Notes: generated by a model from the letters alone, not told the origin. Counted from the whole stretch's first letter, positions 25,654-39,600 are shown. The stretch is 63,535 nucleotides of DNA, filler included, from Phoronis australis (GCA_002633005.1; 9 parts of 9 records of this genome joined end to end with filler, not necessarily neighbours in it); one strand, 5' to 3'. Made by a program: numbers and translations.

Positions 25654-26305
25654 GGTGGCACTGAAGAGTTAAGCTGCGGCCGCGGCCAATTTGCACTCCC
25701 AAAATATAAAAATCTAGGGGTAGGCCAGTCCTGGGGGCATTTTTAGTTAGATATTGTATGTAGGCCAAGTGAATGTGGTTTGTTTGTATTTGTGAACATG
25801 CTGAGAATAAAAAAGGCCTCTTGCTCGGCTGTAGCTGCACTCTTCTTCAATATGGCGGCCCTGTTGCAAACTTGTGCATTGCCGGGTAGCAACTGAGAAA
25901 TTGGCCGCGATTTCAGGTAGCCCTCAAACAAGCCAGATTTACAAAAAAACTAGTCGATTGACAGTACTTTGGACCACATTTTTGGAATTGGTAGGAAATT
26001 TGATTTCGGAATGTAATGTTGGCTTTAGTCGAGCATCTGCAGGGAAGTGGTGGTTTTGGGGTGAAAAGTGCCGATTTTGCAGTTTTTGCCCAATTTTTCT
26101 TAGTCTAGATTGGTTTTCAGTGGGAGTGAAGGGTCAAAAATACAAGAGAGAATAAAGTTTCTATGCTCACCTGTAGGACTTGTGATGTGAAACGACTGAC
26201 AACTTTTTTATTTGCAAGCAGTTTTTGACAGATTGAAGAAAGGGGAAGAGTTCATTGACGTGTGTTTTGATAGGCAAACCCCTGGTGAGAACTGTTCTTT
26301 GCCTC
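25654..26305 (+). mobile_element. About 650-bp interspersed repeat (probable DNA-transposon end), copy 1
   Basis: GGTGGCACTGAA...GCTGCGGCCGCGGCCAATTTGCACT... aligns throughout with the reverse complement of 29655-30312; the spurious ORF FSRASAGKWWFWGEKC appears in both copies. Confidence 0.8.
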
Positions 26306-27659
26306 CATGGGCCAGGTTTGGCGGCAGTTTTGACGCATGCATTTCTAGTAGGTTCAGTGGATCTGGTTCAAGTTGTTCTTATTTGAAAGTATGTCGTGAA
26401 TGAGAAAAGTCCATTAGGTCGGCTATGGATACACTTGTCTTCAAAAATGTGGCCCCTGTAACAAAACTGAAATAGGTTTTGACGCGGGGGAGTGCTTTTT
26501 AGCAATGGGGGAAGCGATCACACCTCCTCGAAGCCCCCAATGGTTGCGCTAGTATTATTAATCGCAGATGCAACAGGCCCGCAGTCAGCATTGCGCGGGG
26601 GATGGTTCGAATTTCTAAAACAGTGGACCTTTGCAAACGTCGACACCGTAGAGTGTTCAGTAAGGCCCTTGACGCAGCTTAATCAGGGGCAAGGGAAATC
26701 TATATCCACAACAATGACTCTCAGCTCTATGTTCCAGAGATGAGACGGAATTTGTAATACCAGAAGTGACGGGTGTCGCAAAGAACGGGACTTAAATTCA
26801 GATGTAATGTGGTTCCGAAAGAGAACGCTGTAGCATTACCCCTGCCAAACTTTCAAATCAGGCGTCATTAAACGAATGATTACACCTCGTTACATACTAG
26901 GACGGAAATATTTAATCGGAGAATGACTTGAATTTTTTTTATCTGGTTGTATTTTGCGTGTTACTTAAGTTGCTTACATCGATAGAAATGGGAACAGCTC
27001 ACTAGTTCAAAGGTTCACTACTCTGAAAGTTCATTATTCCGAAAATATCTAACATTTCGGACTCGGGTGTATTTTTAAAACTTTTACACGCAAAAATAAA
27101 CGATACTCCTATTATTATTGTATTGGTGTACCTATACCCAAAACAACGCCCGAATTTCATGCGCATGCGAAATTGCCTGCATGTCTTACAAATACGGAAA
27201 AAAGAGTACGTACGTGCATTCATAAAAGAATATGAATTATCAACCACTATACATTGATCGAATCCATGTCAAGATCGCATCATAACACTGTGTGACTGAA
27301 AAGTTTAGGACTGCTGCGCCTCTGCCTCACGCGCACGGTCGGGTCAAAACTAAATGTAGTTAGTTGGCCACTCTGTCCCTGTCAGTCTTCATGAAGTGAA
27401 AGAGTCACATTCAGTCTTCTTAAATTTAAAACCGCCGTTGGTCGCCGCAACCCTGACCCGATGTTGTCCCTGTTTGAGAATCGAATGAATCAACGATCAC
27501 GATTGGCAGTGATTGGAATTGAGCTCAATATAATTAAAGTTTTGAGAACTATATTCAAGTTTTGCACACTCTTTAAATGGTTTCTAAATGGATGCAAATA
27601 CAACGCTTTATCCATGTCAGTTCCGACTCATAGCAGACAAGCAGAGTAATGAACTGTCG

Positions 27660-27769
27660 GAGTTCAGGTTTCGGAATTGCGAACATTCGAAATAGTGAAC
27701 TTTCGAAGTAAGCGAACCCTCGGAGTAGTGAAACGTCGAATGAACTTTCAGAATAGTGACATGTAACCT
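27660..27769 (-). repeat. MITE-like end (GGTTACATGTCAC) with ~15-bp subterminal repeats TTCACTA(C/T)TCCGAA
   Basis: Five to six degenerate units; the same unit occurs at about 27011-27045. Confidence 0.5.
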
Positions 27770-28346
27770 TGGAAATCTTTTCCATCAAGTTTGTCGCTCG
27801 TATGAAGTCTGCAAGGCTATGCACCATTGACACTGAGAGAAGACTTTCTTCATTGACCAAAATTTTTATTAGGTCTAAACCTACTTTTTCTAACAAGCTC
27901 GTCAAGGTTTGCTCGGGGCAAGAAAACACGGTAGTTAAGTGTATAGTTTTTGAGCAACGACGGAGGACTGCCTATAGTGAACAACATATTTGACGATCAC
28001 TTTCAATTCCAAATTTGAAAATGCCTGCACTTTACCGCACTATGCCAGCAAGTGTACCAAAATAGCAGATAGCAAACCTACTTTCTGCAGCTTTGTTTCT
28101 TGGTCGATTTTACAGCATTCACACCTCACTACTTTTTGGGAGCTCTCTTGCTGCTATATAGCCTAGCTATTTTACTTCTAGACTCCCGTTTTACGCTATG
28201 TTATAGCCACCACGCGCGTTCACTGCCGATGAATAACATAAAGCTTCCTGTAACCGTCTGCGCGATCCTGTCATCCACGCAAACACCATTCGGGCGAACT
28301 TGGCTAGGTACGGCCTGATGATTTCGTGAAGGGCTTTGAATCAGAA

Positions 28347-28446
28347 NNNNNNNNNNNNNNNNNNNNNNNNNNNNNNNNNNNNNNNNNNNNTTAATTAATT
28401 AANNNNNNNNNNNNNNNNNNNNNNNNNNNNNNNNNNNNNNNNNNNN
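28347..28446. other. Artificial contig spacer N44-TTAATTAATTAA-N44 (also 33630-33729, 37130-37229, 40586-40685, 47954-48053, 51564-51663, 58896-58995, 62042-62141)
   Basis: Eight identical 100-nt blocks; the palindromic 12-mer has stop codons in all six frames. Confidence 0.98.
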
Positions 28447-29654
28447 ACACCATCAAAACGTCTTGCGTTGTGACACACGGTGAAATTGACATATTATCAT
28501 ATACTATTTTAATTTCTCACGCGACATAGTGCTATTTTCTTGTTAGACTATAAAGAAAAAAAATGGGACCTTTCATAGGTTTTTGCGGCTCCTTCAAATT
28601 TCTCATTCGAACCAAAAAATAAAAAACCGCAGTTGGGCGCTTTTGGGTGTTACGTCTCCCTTTCGACAAAAAAATGCTGTAGGAACGTTTTTGTATGTTG
28701 CGGCGAACATTTCACATTTGCCTATTTTGGCAGAGACTCAGATGTCCCGCTTTCTATCCGGAAGTCCCGCTTTTCAATCAAGTTGTCTCCTTTTTATGTT
28801 CCCGAATGTTGATCGTGACAACTATGCAACAGGTGTTCAAAATAACACGATATTACGAATATTGTTATTTTCCAGAGTTTGCTTTCACTATTAACAAAAC
28901 TGTGTCCCAGTATCTCTTGTTTACACACTATATATGTATCAGGATCACTAATTTTTGCTTTCTGAAGAAATGAGTTTATTTATAAAATTCTATGGAAAGT
29001 CCTACACTGCAACCAATGTAATGAGATATCCACAGCATATTTCAAAGCTATACAATAGGTGTAAGCTCATTCTTTATCCAACAGAAAACCTTTATCTGCA
29101 AACTTCAGATACGTAGTTGGAGTACTTAGTTTATCACAGTTTTTTGTAAATGTCAGTGCATCCTAAATGTTTGCTGAATAATGTAATTGTATCAAACGCA
29201 CCAAAGATCTAATTAATATATAAAGATATGTAATTTTGAGTGAATGCCTTACTAAATTTTTGACAGCAACAGCGAGGGATTCGTATTCTAAAATCTTTGT
29301 CTTTATAGGCTAGCAATCTTTTGAATCGTTGAAACTATTACCCTACTGATTAAGGTAGTCATTTATATAACCTCCGTGGTTCATTTCCTTTTTCTCTTAC
29401 TATCGCACTCTGTTATTTTTCGCATTATTGTAGGCAGTGGTAGTGCCCACGGCCAGCTTTCGAAATCGTGGGATTGCAAGCATATGATCCTCTGTTTTAG
29501 AATGTTTGGAGCCAGTAGACCGCAAGATATTGCAATAACATAGAAGAAATTTGTTCGGAAGAAGTTTCCGGTGATTTCAGCTTTAAACTTTGTTTCTACT
29601 AAGTAACAATTCCACCCTAAGCCCTATCTTCCGTAGCAAGAACCAACACCAGAA

Positions 29655-30312
29655 GGAGGCTCAGAACAGTTCTCACAAGGGTTTGCCCTTCAGAACACAC
29701 GTCAATGGACTCTTCACCCTTTCTTTACTCTGTCAAAAACTGCATGCAAATAAAGAAAAGTTTTGAGTCATTCCGCATCACAAGCCCTACAGATGAGCAC
29801 AGAAACTTTATTCTCTCTTGTATTTTTGACCCTTTCACTCCCAGTGGAAACCAAGTCAGACTAAGAAAAATAAAGGCAAAAATGCAAAATGGGCACTTTT
29901 CACCCCAAAACCACCACTTCCCTGCCGATGCTCGACTAAAGCCAACATTAGATTCCGAAAGCAAATTTCCTACCAATTCCAAAAATGTGGTCCAATAATG
30001 CTGTCAACGAACTAGTTTTTTTTGCAAATCTGGCTTGTTTGAGGGCTACCTGAAATCGAGGCCAATTTCTCAGTTGCTACACAGCAATGCACAATTGCAA
30101 CAAGGGGGCGCCACCATCTTGAAGTGTAGCAACAGCCGAGAAAGTGGCCTTTTTTCATTCTCAGCATGTTCACAAATACAAACAAACCACATTCATTGAG
30201 CCTAAATGCAGTGCCTACTGACAAAATGCTCGCAAACTTGGCCTACCCCAAAATTTCAATATTTTGGCAGTGCAAATTGGCCGCGGCCGCAGCGTAACTG
30301 TTCAGTGCCACC
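29655..30312 (-). mobile_element. About 650-bp interspersed repeat, copy 2 (reverse complement of 25654-26305)
   Basis: Ends ...GGCCGCGGCCGCAGCGTAACTGTTCAGTGCCACC and lies on a different contig from copy 1. Confidence 0.8.
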
Positions 30313-30499
30313 AAACAAACAAGTGCAAACAAATCCCACGCATGTGCGGCGCAACCTAAGCAGCGCGACAACGAAGTTAGCATTCCAAGGAGCTCTTTCA
30401 TGTAAAATGATTTAAGACAGAAATCACAGCTTTAAATCATGCAAACAATTTCTTGATGGTGTTTGGTGATGGGTGTCCTATAGGAGAAAAAAGAATGAG

Positions 30500-31250
30500 G
30501 TGGTTTGTTAAACGAATGGCTCTAAAGTGGAAGAAAATGGTCAGGCAGGTGCTGGAATCTATTTTCCAAGCCCTCCTATAGCTGATGCAGAAAGCTGGGT
30601 ATCTCTAGGCAATTTTGCCACGGTGTTACGAGCTGAGATCACTGCAATTAATAAAGATGCTCAACTGGCACGACAATACAATACCGATCTGGGTAACCAG
30701 ATAGCCAAGCCCCAAAGAAACTAAAAGTCGAAACTCTCGCTTGCATTAATGAGCTTAACTTGCAATCGCGTGAAAGAACCGTCTGCGTTCTGCATTGTGT
30801 GCCTGAACCTGCTATCCCGGTATCCTACGTATGCTGCAGGATGAGTATACGCAACTGGGTACATACTCAGTCAGCACCCCAGTGGGCATCGCTTAACTCC
30901 TGCAGAGAAATCAAGGAGAACTTTTCCAACATGATCAAACCAAAAAGTTCAAAAAAACTTATGAGTCTTGATATAGGTTGGGCATAACACACGTCATTTG
31001 AGCTTTGACGGGCTACGGTAACACAGTCCGACACAGACACGTGGGAAGCCCAGTGTGTCCCGAGTGTGGTATTGACGTTGAAATCCTGAACACCTGGTAG
31101 AGTATTGCCCAGCATTTTATAGGCCAAAGAGTAACCTACTGGTTGGCACTGTTACATGCCTGCAACATATAGTGCATGGCAACAAAATGGAAGTCCGTTC
31201 GTTTCCTTAAAGGAGAAAGGCAGTCTTGAAAACTTCCTTAACGAAGAACA
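30500..31250 (+). mobile_element. Degenerate non-LTR retrotransposon 3' part with RNase H domain (I/LOA/R1-group-like)
   Basis: RNase H motif GSKVEENGQAGAGIY...SLGNFATVLRAEITAI, then PEPAIPVS...IRNW...W....CR and a decayed Cys/His-rich segment; several stops and frameshifts. Confidence 0.7.
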
Positions 31251-31776
31251 TGTTGATCAATAACGGAGCTCAAGTGTTTTTAGCTCAGGAGTTTTGTGCA
31301 ATGGGCCCAACCATGAGGCCTGCGCAAGTCTGAAGCAAATGGCATCAGACCACCTGCACTCTTTTTAAGACAGAAATTTGGTGAAAAGGGTTCAGCCAAC
31401 TAATTGTCAGAGCATCACAATCTAGAAGTAATCTATAGACACTTTCTGAATTATATTCTCACAGATTTTGCACTTTTTGTCAAGTGAGATTTAATTATTC
31501 ATTTTCAGAAATATTTGTGTAGAGTGTAGACCAAATTTCTGTCTTAAGAAACAGACGCCAGGTCTACACTTCTATTGTAGAAGTGAAAGGAGTTCAGTGG
31601 ATCTCAAACGTGGTTGATGTTACTTCGACAATAGTTAGACTAAACCATAGGCACCAATGGACTGGATGCAAACCGACAGTCCTGGTACAACTTCAAACCA
31701 TGACACCATAGCTCTACTGAGCATAAGTCCTTTGGACCTTTTATTTTAAACGTAAAAGTCTATTGGAAGCATTCTG

Positions 31777-31926
31777 GGCTGAGTTGCATAAAGCTTCAAA
31801 AGTTATCCGCTGGATAAGTTTGATTGTTGCATGACGTCAGGTGCATTGTTCAACAATAACAACGTGACGCGTGATAATGCGACGTCATTGTTGCTATACG
31901 GCGTATAACTTTTATGCAACTGGGCC
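31777..31926. mobile_element. Short PIF/Harbinger-like MITE with CTG target duplication
   Basis: GGCTGAGTTGCATAAA ... TTTATGCAACTGGGCC TIRs, with CTG at 31774-31776 and 31927-31929. Confidence 0.65.
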
Positions 31927-33749
31927 CTGATGTACAAGATTGCAATAATGGAAGTTGCGTATTAAGATGGAAAAATCGAACAATAATGCGGTTTCATATT
32001 TTTAATTAGTTGTGTGATGAAAAACACAGTCAAAGACAACATCTGCACTGTGAAATATACCCATCAGTCATTCAAATCGGCACATGTATGAGAGTAGATC
32101 TACTTTAAAAATTCATTTCCAAAGCTAGGTGTTTTTGTAGTAGCAAATAAAATATATCAGATAGATATTGGAAATGTTCCCTACGCTGCATGGCGTTCCC
32201 TTTGTTTTGTGGTTTAAAAACTGTGTCATGATATCGAAAACCGGTATAACTTTTAACAAGTAAAATAACTTGATAATCCTTTCAGCTACGATATGATTTA
32301 GTCATGCGCCAACTTTCACTGCGATTGATGAGTTGGCCCCCGGTTTTCAAAGAACTCGTAATCACTTAACAACGATTTTCATAAATATTCTCTAAGTATC
32401 TAGAGCTTTGCTTTTATATCTAACTTTATTTCATTCTAAAGCTACAGCAAGACAGTCACATAACACAGTAGGAAAGTATACTTGGTAGTGGGTTCAATAG
32501 TCTGACATATACACAAAACGTACTGAGAGTGGCGTCGATATATAGGTTATCCCACATACATAGGAATACTAGTGCCATATCCTTTCGAGAATTCATTTCA
32601 TTTCGGAATGTCCCAACGACACCGAAGGTCTATATTTATCTCATTGGGGCTATCTCAAACGGTGTAAGACGTCAGGATTTTGATGTTTGCCATTTAGTGA
32701 CACCTATAGGCAGTGATCGGAAGCTATGTTCAGTGCTTGTATAAAACGCGGATCGGTTGATTCATCATTTAGAGTTGCGTTCTGTAGACGCAAAACTCTC
32801 GCAAAAACGCAAGTAACGCAAGTTATCACACTAGCTTTTCTCGTGAGTGAATCTGCGAGTGAGTTTCGCTAGGTGTCATCATCTCTGTTGTTTTCGTCTG
32901 CAGAGATAGTGGCGTAAAACTCGGGTGTCTTTTATGAAAAATTACTCGCGGCACCTGACTTAAAGTTCAACAATTTGTTCTCTCTCTTTATGTACTATGT
33001 CGGATATCTGCACGTGTAGAAAACTGAATGAGTCGTACTTTACATTCACTTCGTAAGGCTAACACTGGCATAGTATGTTAGATCTGGTCACATTATCTTC
33101 ATGTGCGACATTTTCGGACAAAAAAACGCGACAACGCTTGTCATTGGGCATACAGTGCAATGCCAGTAGGCTATTTTTGTTTTTGATAAATTCTTCTTCT
33201 CTCCTTTCACCTGGTTTATCCCTTTGTGAGAACTGTTTTTGAGCGGTCTCACGAGATATCGTCGATTTCCACAAGTTCGGAAGTTCTAAATGATGAACCC
33301 GACTTGTTGAGGAGACGGTCATACCACCTGGAATGTTGCACTTTGTCAATCTTCCTCCACCATTCCATAGGTTAGAACAATCATTGCAATCGGAAACCAT
33401 ATCATCCCATAAGCGTTGTCAGAACTTTTTTTAAAGCAGGCCCACTCTAATGTAAACTCATGAGCAGTCCGTCGGAAGTGTTTCCGAATATAGGCCCATG
33501 AATCTCTTTTAGGAGTTCCCACCCTCTGGTCAGACAGTGTTATTAAGTACAAACGAGCATGTTTTCATCGTTTTCATATGGATTATTTTAACAGAAGTAA
33601 ATGAATTGCTTTCTTTTTTCATTTAACGCNNNNNNNNNNNNNNNNNNNNNNNNNNNNNNNNNNNNNNNNNNNNTTAATTAATTAANNNNNNNNNNNNNNN
33701 NNNNNNNNNNNNNNNNNNNNNNNNNNNNNTAACACGAAACGTGCCGAAT

Positions 33750-33908
33750 GTGAATATTATCACGTTTAGACTCCAAGTCAATATTAACATGTGACGAATC
33801 TAGGTCAATATTACCATGTGTTGTCTCCTTGTCAATATTAACATGCATTGTGTCCATGTGAATATTAACATAAATATGCATTGTGTCCGTGTCAACATTA
33901 ACATACAT
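33750..33908. repeat. Degenerate 27-bp tandem repeat (GTCAATATTAACATG...), about 6 copies
   Basis: GT(C/G)AATATTA(A/C)CA recurs every 27-33 nt. Confidence 0.85.
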
Positions 33909-33954
33909 TGCCTAGTATGTAAATAGCGACACAACTTTCTCTCTACAGACTCAC

Positions 33955-36617
33955 CAGCTGGAAGAAGTCCAATACACAGTGCAGTAGCAGGGTATTGTTA
34001 TTCTCTTGTTGCAGTCCTACCACACACATGTCATCAATGAACTCCACAAGCTCCAACAGAGTATTGTAGGGATTACACTCCTCCACATCTTTACTGAACG
34101 CAGTGTGGCTGCAACGATAAGCAATCGAGTAATAAAACTGTTAACACAGCATTAGGCTCTTGAAAACTTGCCATCTTGTCTAAACTCCAAAGGAAGTTAT
34201 ATTGCAAAACTTTACAAAATCTAACAACTGTAACAAGAGCAACGCGGAGCGTTGAAATGCGCCCACAATTGCACCGCCTACGGTATCCTTCTAGGGTTGT
34301 TTATTGGTACCATAAAGTCGCCAGTAGAGGGCATACTTTGCAAAATGGAAAGGCATGGTCATTGTCTCCTCAATAGGCTAGGGGCAAAATGTGAGTAATC
34401 TTCATAATACAAGCACATCCTATACACCAGTTGCTTAAAGCACCACAGAAACATAGAATTAAAAACAAATTTACCAACATACGAGATTAGCACAGCATTA
34501 GAATGCCAGAAACAAATTTCTACTTGGAACTTTTCCTTCANNNNNNNNNNNNNNNNNNNNNNNNNNNNNNNNNNNNNNNNNNNNNNNNNNNNNNNNNNNN
34601 NNNNNNNNNNNNNNNNNNNNNNNNNNNNNNNNNNNNNNNNNNNNNNNNNNNNNNNNNNNNNNNNNNNNNNNNNNNNNNNNNNNNNNNNNNNNNNNNNNNN
34701 NNNNNNNNNNNNNNNNNNNNNNNNNNNNNNNNNNNNNNNNNNNNNNNNNNNNNNNNNNNNNNNNNNNNNNNNNNNNNNNNNNNNNNNNNNNNNNNNNNNN
34801 NNNNNNNNNNNNNNNNNNNNNNNNNNNNNNNNNNNNNNNNNNNNNNNNNNNNNNNNNNNNNNNNNNNNNNNNNNNNNNNNNNNNNNNNNNNNNNNNNNNN
34901 NNNNNNNNNNNNNNNNNNNNNNNNNNNNNNNNNNNNNNNNNNNNNNNNNNNNNNNNNNNNNNNNNNNNNNNNNNNNNNNNNNNNNNNNNNNNNNNNNNNN
35001 NNNNNNNNNNNNNNNNNNNNNNNNNNNNNNNNNNNNNNNNNNNNNNNNNNNNNNNNNNNNNNNNNNNNNNNNNNNNNNNNNNNNNNNNNNNNNNNNNNNN
35101 NNNNNNNNNNNNNNNNNNNNNNNNNNNNNNNNNNNNNNNNNNNNNNNNNNNNNNNNNNNNNNNNNNNNNNNNNNNNNNNNNNNNNNNNNNNNNNNNNNNN
35201 NNNNNNNNNNNNNNNNNNNNNNNNNNNNNNNNNNNNNNNNNNNNNNNNNNNNNNNNNNNNNNNNNNNNNNNNNNNNNNNNNNNNNNNNNNNNNNNNNNNN
35301 NNNNNNNNNNNNNNNNNNNGTGCCTACATACCAAATTTCATGAAAATCCGTTCAGGACTTTTGAAGATACAAAGGTAAGCGTAAAAAACTAAAATTGCCA
35401 CTAGGGGGCACACCGGTAGTCGGATCCGTCCGAAAGTTCGCACATGCCGTCCCATTCATGAATGGAACATATGTGCCAAATTTCATGAACGTATGTCAAA
35501 GGGTTTTGGAGATAGAGCAGCGGACGCCGGACGCCAGACGCCGGACGCCGCCCGGACGGACGGACGGACGGACGGACGGACGGACGGACGGACAGAGATG
35601 ACGGCATAATGCACCCACATATAAATATGTGGGCGCATAAAAATTAATCAATTGTGCAAGCTGCCCTTGACAAATGTCTGAAAGGGTAACAACAATTATT
35701 TTAAATCTGTTGTTTGAGCCCCAATATGCTAGGCAATATGCAAGACACAATGAACCGACTCCATAATGATTTACAATCTACAACTATAATTTTACTGAAA
35801 TTGCTAGGACAGGGAATGTGCAACTATGAAGGGCAGGGAATGTGTAACCATCTTTTGACTTACAAGTTTGCTTCTGTATCAGAGGTTTGGGACTGTATTC
35901 GTTTCTGGTATTCAATGCTCTGCAGGTACCTGGGCAGCTCAAGGAGGGCAAGGTTACGCATCCACTCAGTGAAACAGGTGACCACCTGGCACTGCAATAG
36001 ACAAAGTATCTCAACACTGACACTGACAACTATTCCAATAGAAACATCTTGTCTGAGCGCAAGGATTTTTTAAAGCTGATGTCACACTTTCCCCAAATTG
36101 GCAAGGGGATGTCGGAAAATCGCATCTTGTTGCATAATATTACGTAAGTCTATAGCACTGCACGAGGTAGACCACCATAATGTCTTACAAACTTCAAGAT
36201 TCTCGCACTGCAGTAACAGGTCAGTAATATAACTTCCAACGTTTTTTACCTAAACCGGATGATACTACTGATTTGTACACATAAGAATCATCAGTACGAT
36301 GTCACACCGAAGTAAGGATCACCAGTTTCTATTTTGTTCCCTGTATCTCATAATATGAATCATTGATGAGGTAATACTATGTTAACAGAGAAAGTCACAT
36401 ATAATGTGTATAATGAACAAATGACTCTACAATGAACTCCATACCTGACGATAGTTGAAATAAATCAAAATGCCATTCATCTAGTGCACACCAGGACCAG
36501 TTGTATTAACATTGACATGGCATTCCCTCAGTGTTGCACACCAATGACTTACCTTGAAGTACAAAGATGAGCTAAAATACAACTTCCTCATAGGCTCCAG
36601 CACCAGGTCATTTAAAA
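33955..36617 (-). CDS. CENPI: Centromere protein I, three internal exons (partial gene)
   Basis: Exons 36617-36553 (LNDLVLEPMRKLYFSSSLYFK), 35991-35864 (CQVVTCFTEWMRNL...) and 34108-33955 (...LLELVEFIDDMCVVGLQQENNNTLLLHCVLDFFQL) are GT-AG bounded with compatible phases. They resemble the CENP-I segments LAQLFFTSTIYFK|CSVL and LESNNTFLLHFILDFYE as I recall them. None appears in the ORF track. Confidence 0.8.
34231..35643 (-). mobile_element. DINE-1/HINE-like non-autonomous Helentron in a CENP-I intron (interior partly N gap)
   Basis: One end is AACAAGAG + hairpin CAACGC-GGA-GCGTTG + ATGCGCCCACA. The other end has a (GGAC)n microsatellite at about 35553-35594, then the palindrome CCCACATAT-AA-ATATGTGGG overlapping the inverted subterminal repeat TGTGGGCGCAT, then an A-run. 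Confidence 0.75.
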
Positions 36618-39600
36618 CTGAAACAAATATGTTCATTACAAACAGAATTTTCCAACAAACTGAAGCAAAACCTTATCCAACTTGATGGTGAATAGTTTTA
36701 CATGCAACAATTCCATCATTTGATAGACACTGAACAACAAATAGGCCTGATAGCACAGCTCTAGAAGTTCAAATACCATTTGACCCTTATAGTGTATATG
36801 AATTGCGATTAAATAAAAATTAATAACGCTGTAGATAACTCGTGAAGTAACCAGAAACCACGTGCTTCAACCAAAAAAGTTTCAAATAGAGACTAAGAAC
36901 TATACAAGACATACAAATGATATGTAACACATTGGCAGACCAACGTTTTCAGTAAGGGGGATTAGGATTCGCACGAATCCAAGGCACGTAGCACGGAACA
37001 GAGGGAAAGTCGGGAAGGGATTTCCTCCCTCTCGTGTAAGATTTTTTTTTTGCTCTTAGTAGCTGATTTCGTTTCCTGGCGACATTTTAAATTTTTTTTA
37101 TTTGTTATCCTGTCCTGAGAGGGGGTTTCNNNNNNNNNNNNNNNNNNNNNNNNNNNNNNNNNNNNNNNNNNNNTTAATTAATTAANNNNNNNNNNNNNNN
37201 NNNNNNNNNNNNNNNNNNNNNNNNNNNNNTGACCCAGCCACGTGGTCTCTGTCTAATCATGCGTTGTAACGCAGGCTCGTTACGTAAGGTGCATGTTGGG
37301 GAATGTTCATTGAAGTATTCAGTCACAACGTTTGTGTATTCAGAATTTATAATGGTTTTTGTTTTGCTGGCTTGAAGCAGTGCGTTTCATGTCAGTGACC
37401 TCCCCATGTCGTGTCACCTTGCTGCGCTGGGTGTTCTGTTTCTTGCGTCTTTGGCAGGTAAGAATCTGCCGAAAAGTTACCCCAACTCTGGTGCACTCAG
37501 TCACGGTACTGATGTGGGCGACTACGATTTAGTGCGGGACGTGGCGTGCAGAGGAGCTGAATTACTCTGACTTTTTCTCTTGTTAATTCCTATTTACATA
37601 CGTCTGAAATAGCCAGATTGGTTAAAAACCGGCTTCTACAATTAGGTTCACCTGTTCTATGATCTGGTGAATCGTAGGCGTCACTCTGCCTGTGCCGTAC
37701 GGGGATTTCCTATCAAACTGTGGAAGATTATTAGTACGAAGTATTTCTCGGGAGACTTCTCAGTACTAATTTTTTAAAAAAGTAATATCTTGCGAAATGC
37801 TGTAAATCAGCCGTCGGAATTCTGCGATTGTATTGCCTCTTCTGCTGTGCGCAACTATATTCTTTCAGGACTGAGATTGGCCAAACATTCGGGAAAGAAT
37901 TCTTACGGTGTGGTGTATGCACCATTGTGAGATTTCCCGATTTGACCGTGTTCATAGATTTTGTGCCGCTGATTTTCATAGTGCTCATGCACTGGCTGAC
38001 AGAAATGCTCTCCTGTGCGCCAATCCCCCTACATTTCTGGTGGGGTCTCAACCGAACTTTCAAGAAAATAGGTTAGCGTGGATCTTTTGGATTTTGCGAT
38101 TAAACCGAATTCCCTTTAATTTTGGCCCATGTACCGAATGCTGTTCTGCGCTCAAATCCGCCAACGGTAAAAGGGGTCTTGGACCAAACTTTTAAGTATG
38201 CTTGCAGTGTGTTGTAGTGGATTTTCACGCCGCAGGTGCATGAAGTACTCTACTGCGCGCGAGTACTCGGCAGTAGAATCTTCGACGGGGCCGTCTGTGA
38301 CCGTTTTGATGCGATAGAATTCTGCAGGCGAAATTTTGAGGTTTTGTTCATGTTCATTATGGCCGGGATCCAGCCGGCCGGATTGGACAATTACGCGTTT
38401 CTAAAACGTCGTGTAAATGGAAAGCTTTGACGTATACTCTATTTAAGACTACTTAAAGTATAAAAAATGAGCTGAAATATGGATAGGCCTTTTAGCTAAC
38501 TATATAATTGAAACGTAGGAGCATGTGCCTATAATCATGTATATGCGTTCAGCTGCTCAAAGTTGGCGTTGAAGGTAGCGCACGGTCGGCTTCGTAAACC
38601 TACGCTTGTACATGTTCCTGTGTCTCATCGGTCCTTTCGGGTTGGCTGGTGGTACGTACCGTGACATTGTGTAAAGTACATACTGTCTTTGTATTAGCAA
38701 TTAATCCAAAACCTTGATATTATAAATTTCCGATTAATTCCCAACGGTCGGGATAAAGCACGCATGAGTGGACGGCAATGTCCATGAATTGGGTTCAACG
38801 TACAGAAGTGGGTTCAACAAAATTCCTCGTTAGTGTGTTTTGCTCGGTTCGTCGTCAAGATTTCAGGTTTTGTACCTTCCTAACAGGTTACTAGTGAAAA
38901 AGTCGGTCACGTACATGTACGTATCAGAGATTATCGAATGGTCGTTTGAAAACGTGTGTTTAACGTCTCAGCTCCGTGCAATATGATGCTAGGCAGCGCA
39001 AATGCGTTTCAGAAAAAGCGTTGAAGTAACACATCCGGCGGTCCCGCTTTGGGTGTTTTATCACTTCAAAGATAAATTTCATAGCGCCTGAATGTCCTCA
39101 ATTGGCGCTTTATCGAAAGTTTACAGTACGGTTTACGAGTATCACGTGAGTGTGATGTTGGCCTGAATCCAAGACTATTTATATTTTATAAGCATTTATG
39201 CCGATTTCAAGGACATTTGTGTGAACTTTTCGTCTCCTGATGTCAACTCGTTTGATGGCCTCATTCACGGGAAACAAAATTCAAATCTTTGTTGTCATTA
39301 TTTATATGCTTGGTTATCATGCAACAGGTAAGTTATGTTTTGGAGTACTACTGTTTGTATATAAATATGTTGACATTCGTATGTATGGTAAACGTTGCAA
39401 GTTTTATGTATTTAATGTTGACGTTTTCTCACATGTGAATGAACAGCTAAACTTGTCTAATAAGGGCCCAGTCAGTTGGGTTCCGGTTTAGGGATATGTG
39501 ATAACTTCATGTACATGTATATTGATGTAACGATTACACCTACTGTATATTGGTCGTTTTATATTCTTGCAGATGCTGGTGATTGGAGTTATTTGACTAA

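Noticed and set aside
27480-27960. DIRS/Crypton tyrosine-recombinase C-terminal relic on the minus strand
   Set aside because: A KVGLD-like segment is suggestive, but the catalytic HxxR motif and Tyr cannot be read.
25654-30312. Apparent 4.6-kb element with ~650-bp terminal inverted repeats
   Set aside because: The arms lie on different contigs separated by an artificial spacer and are noticeably diverged; they are two independent copies of one repeat.
33059-33552. Two overlapping minus-strand Cys/Trp-rich ORFs
   Set aside because: No recognisable domain and no convincing splice boundaries.
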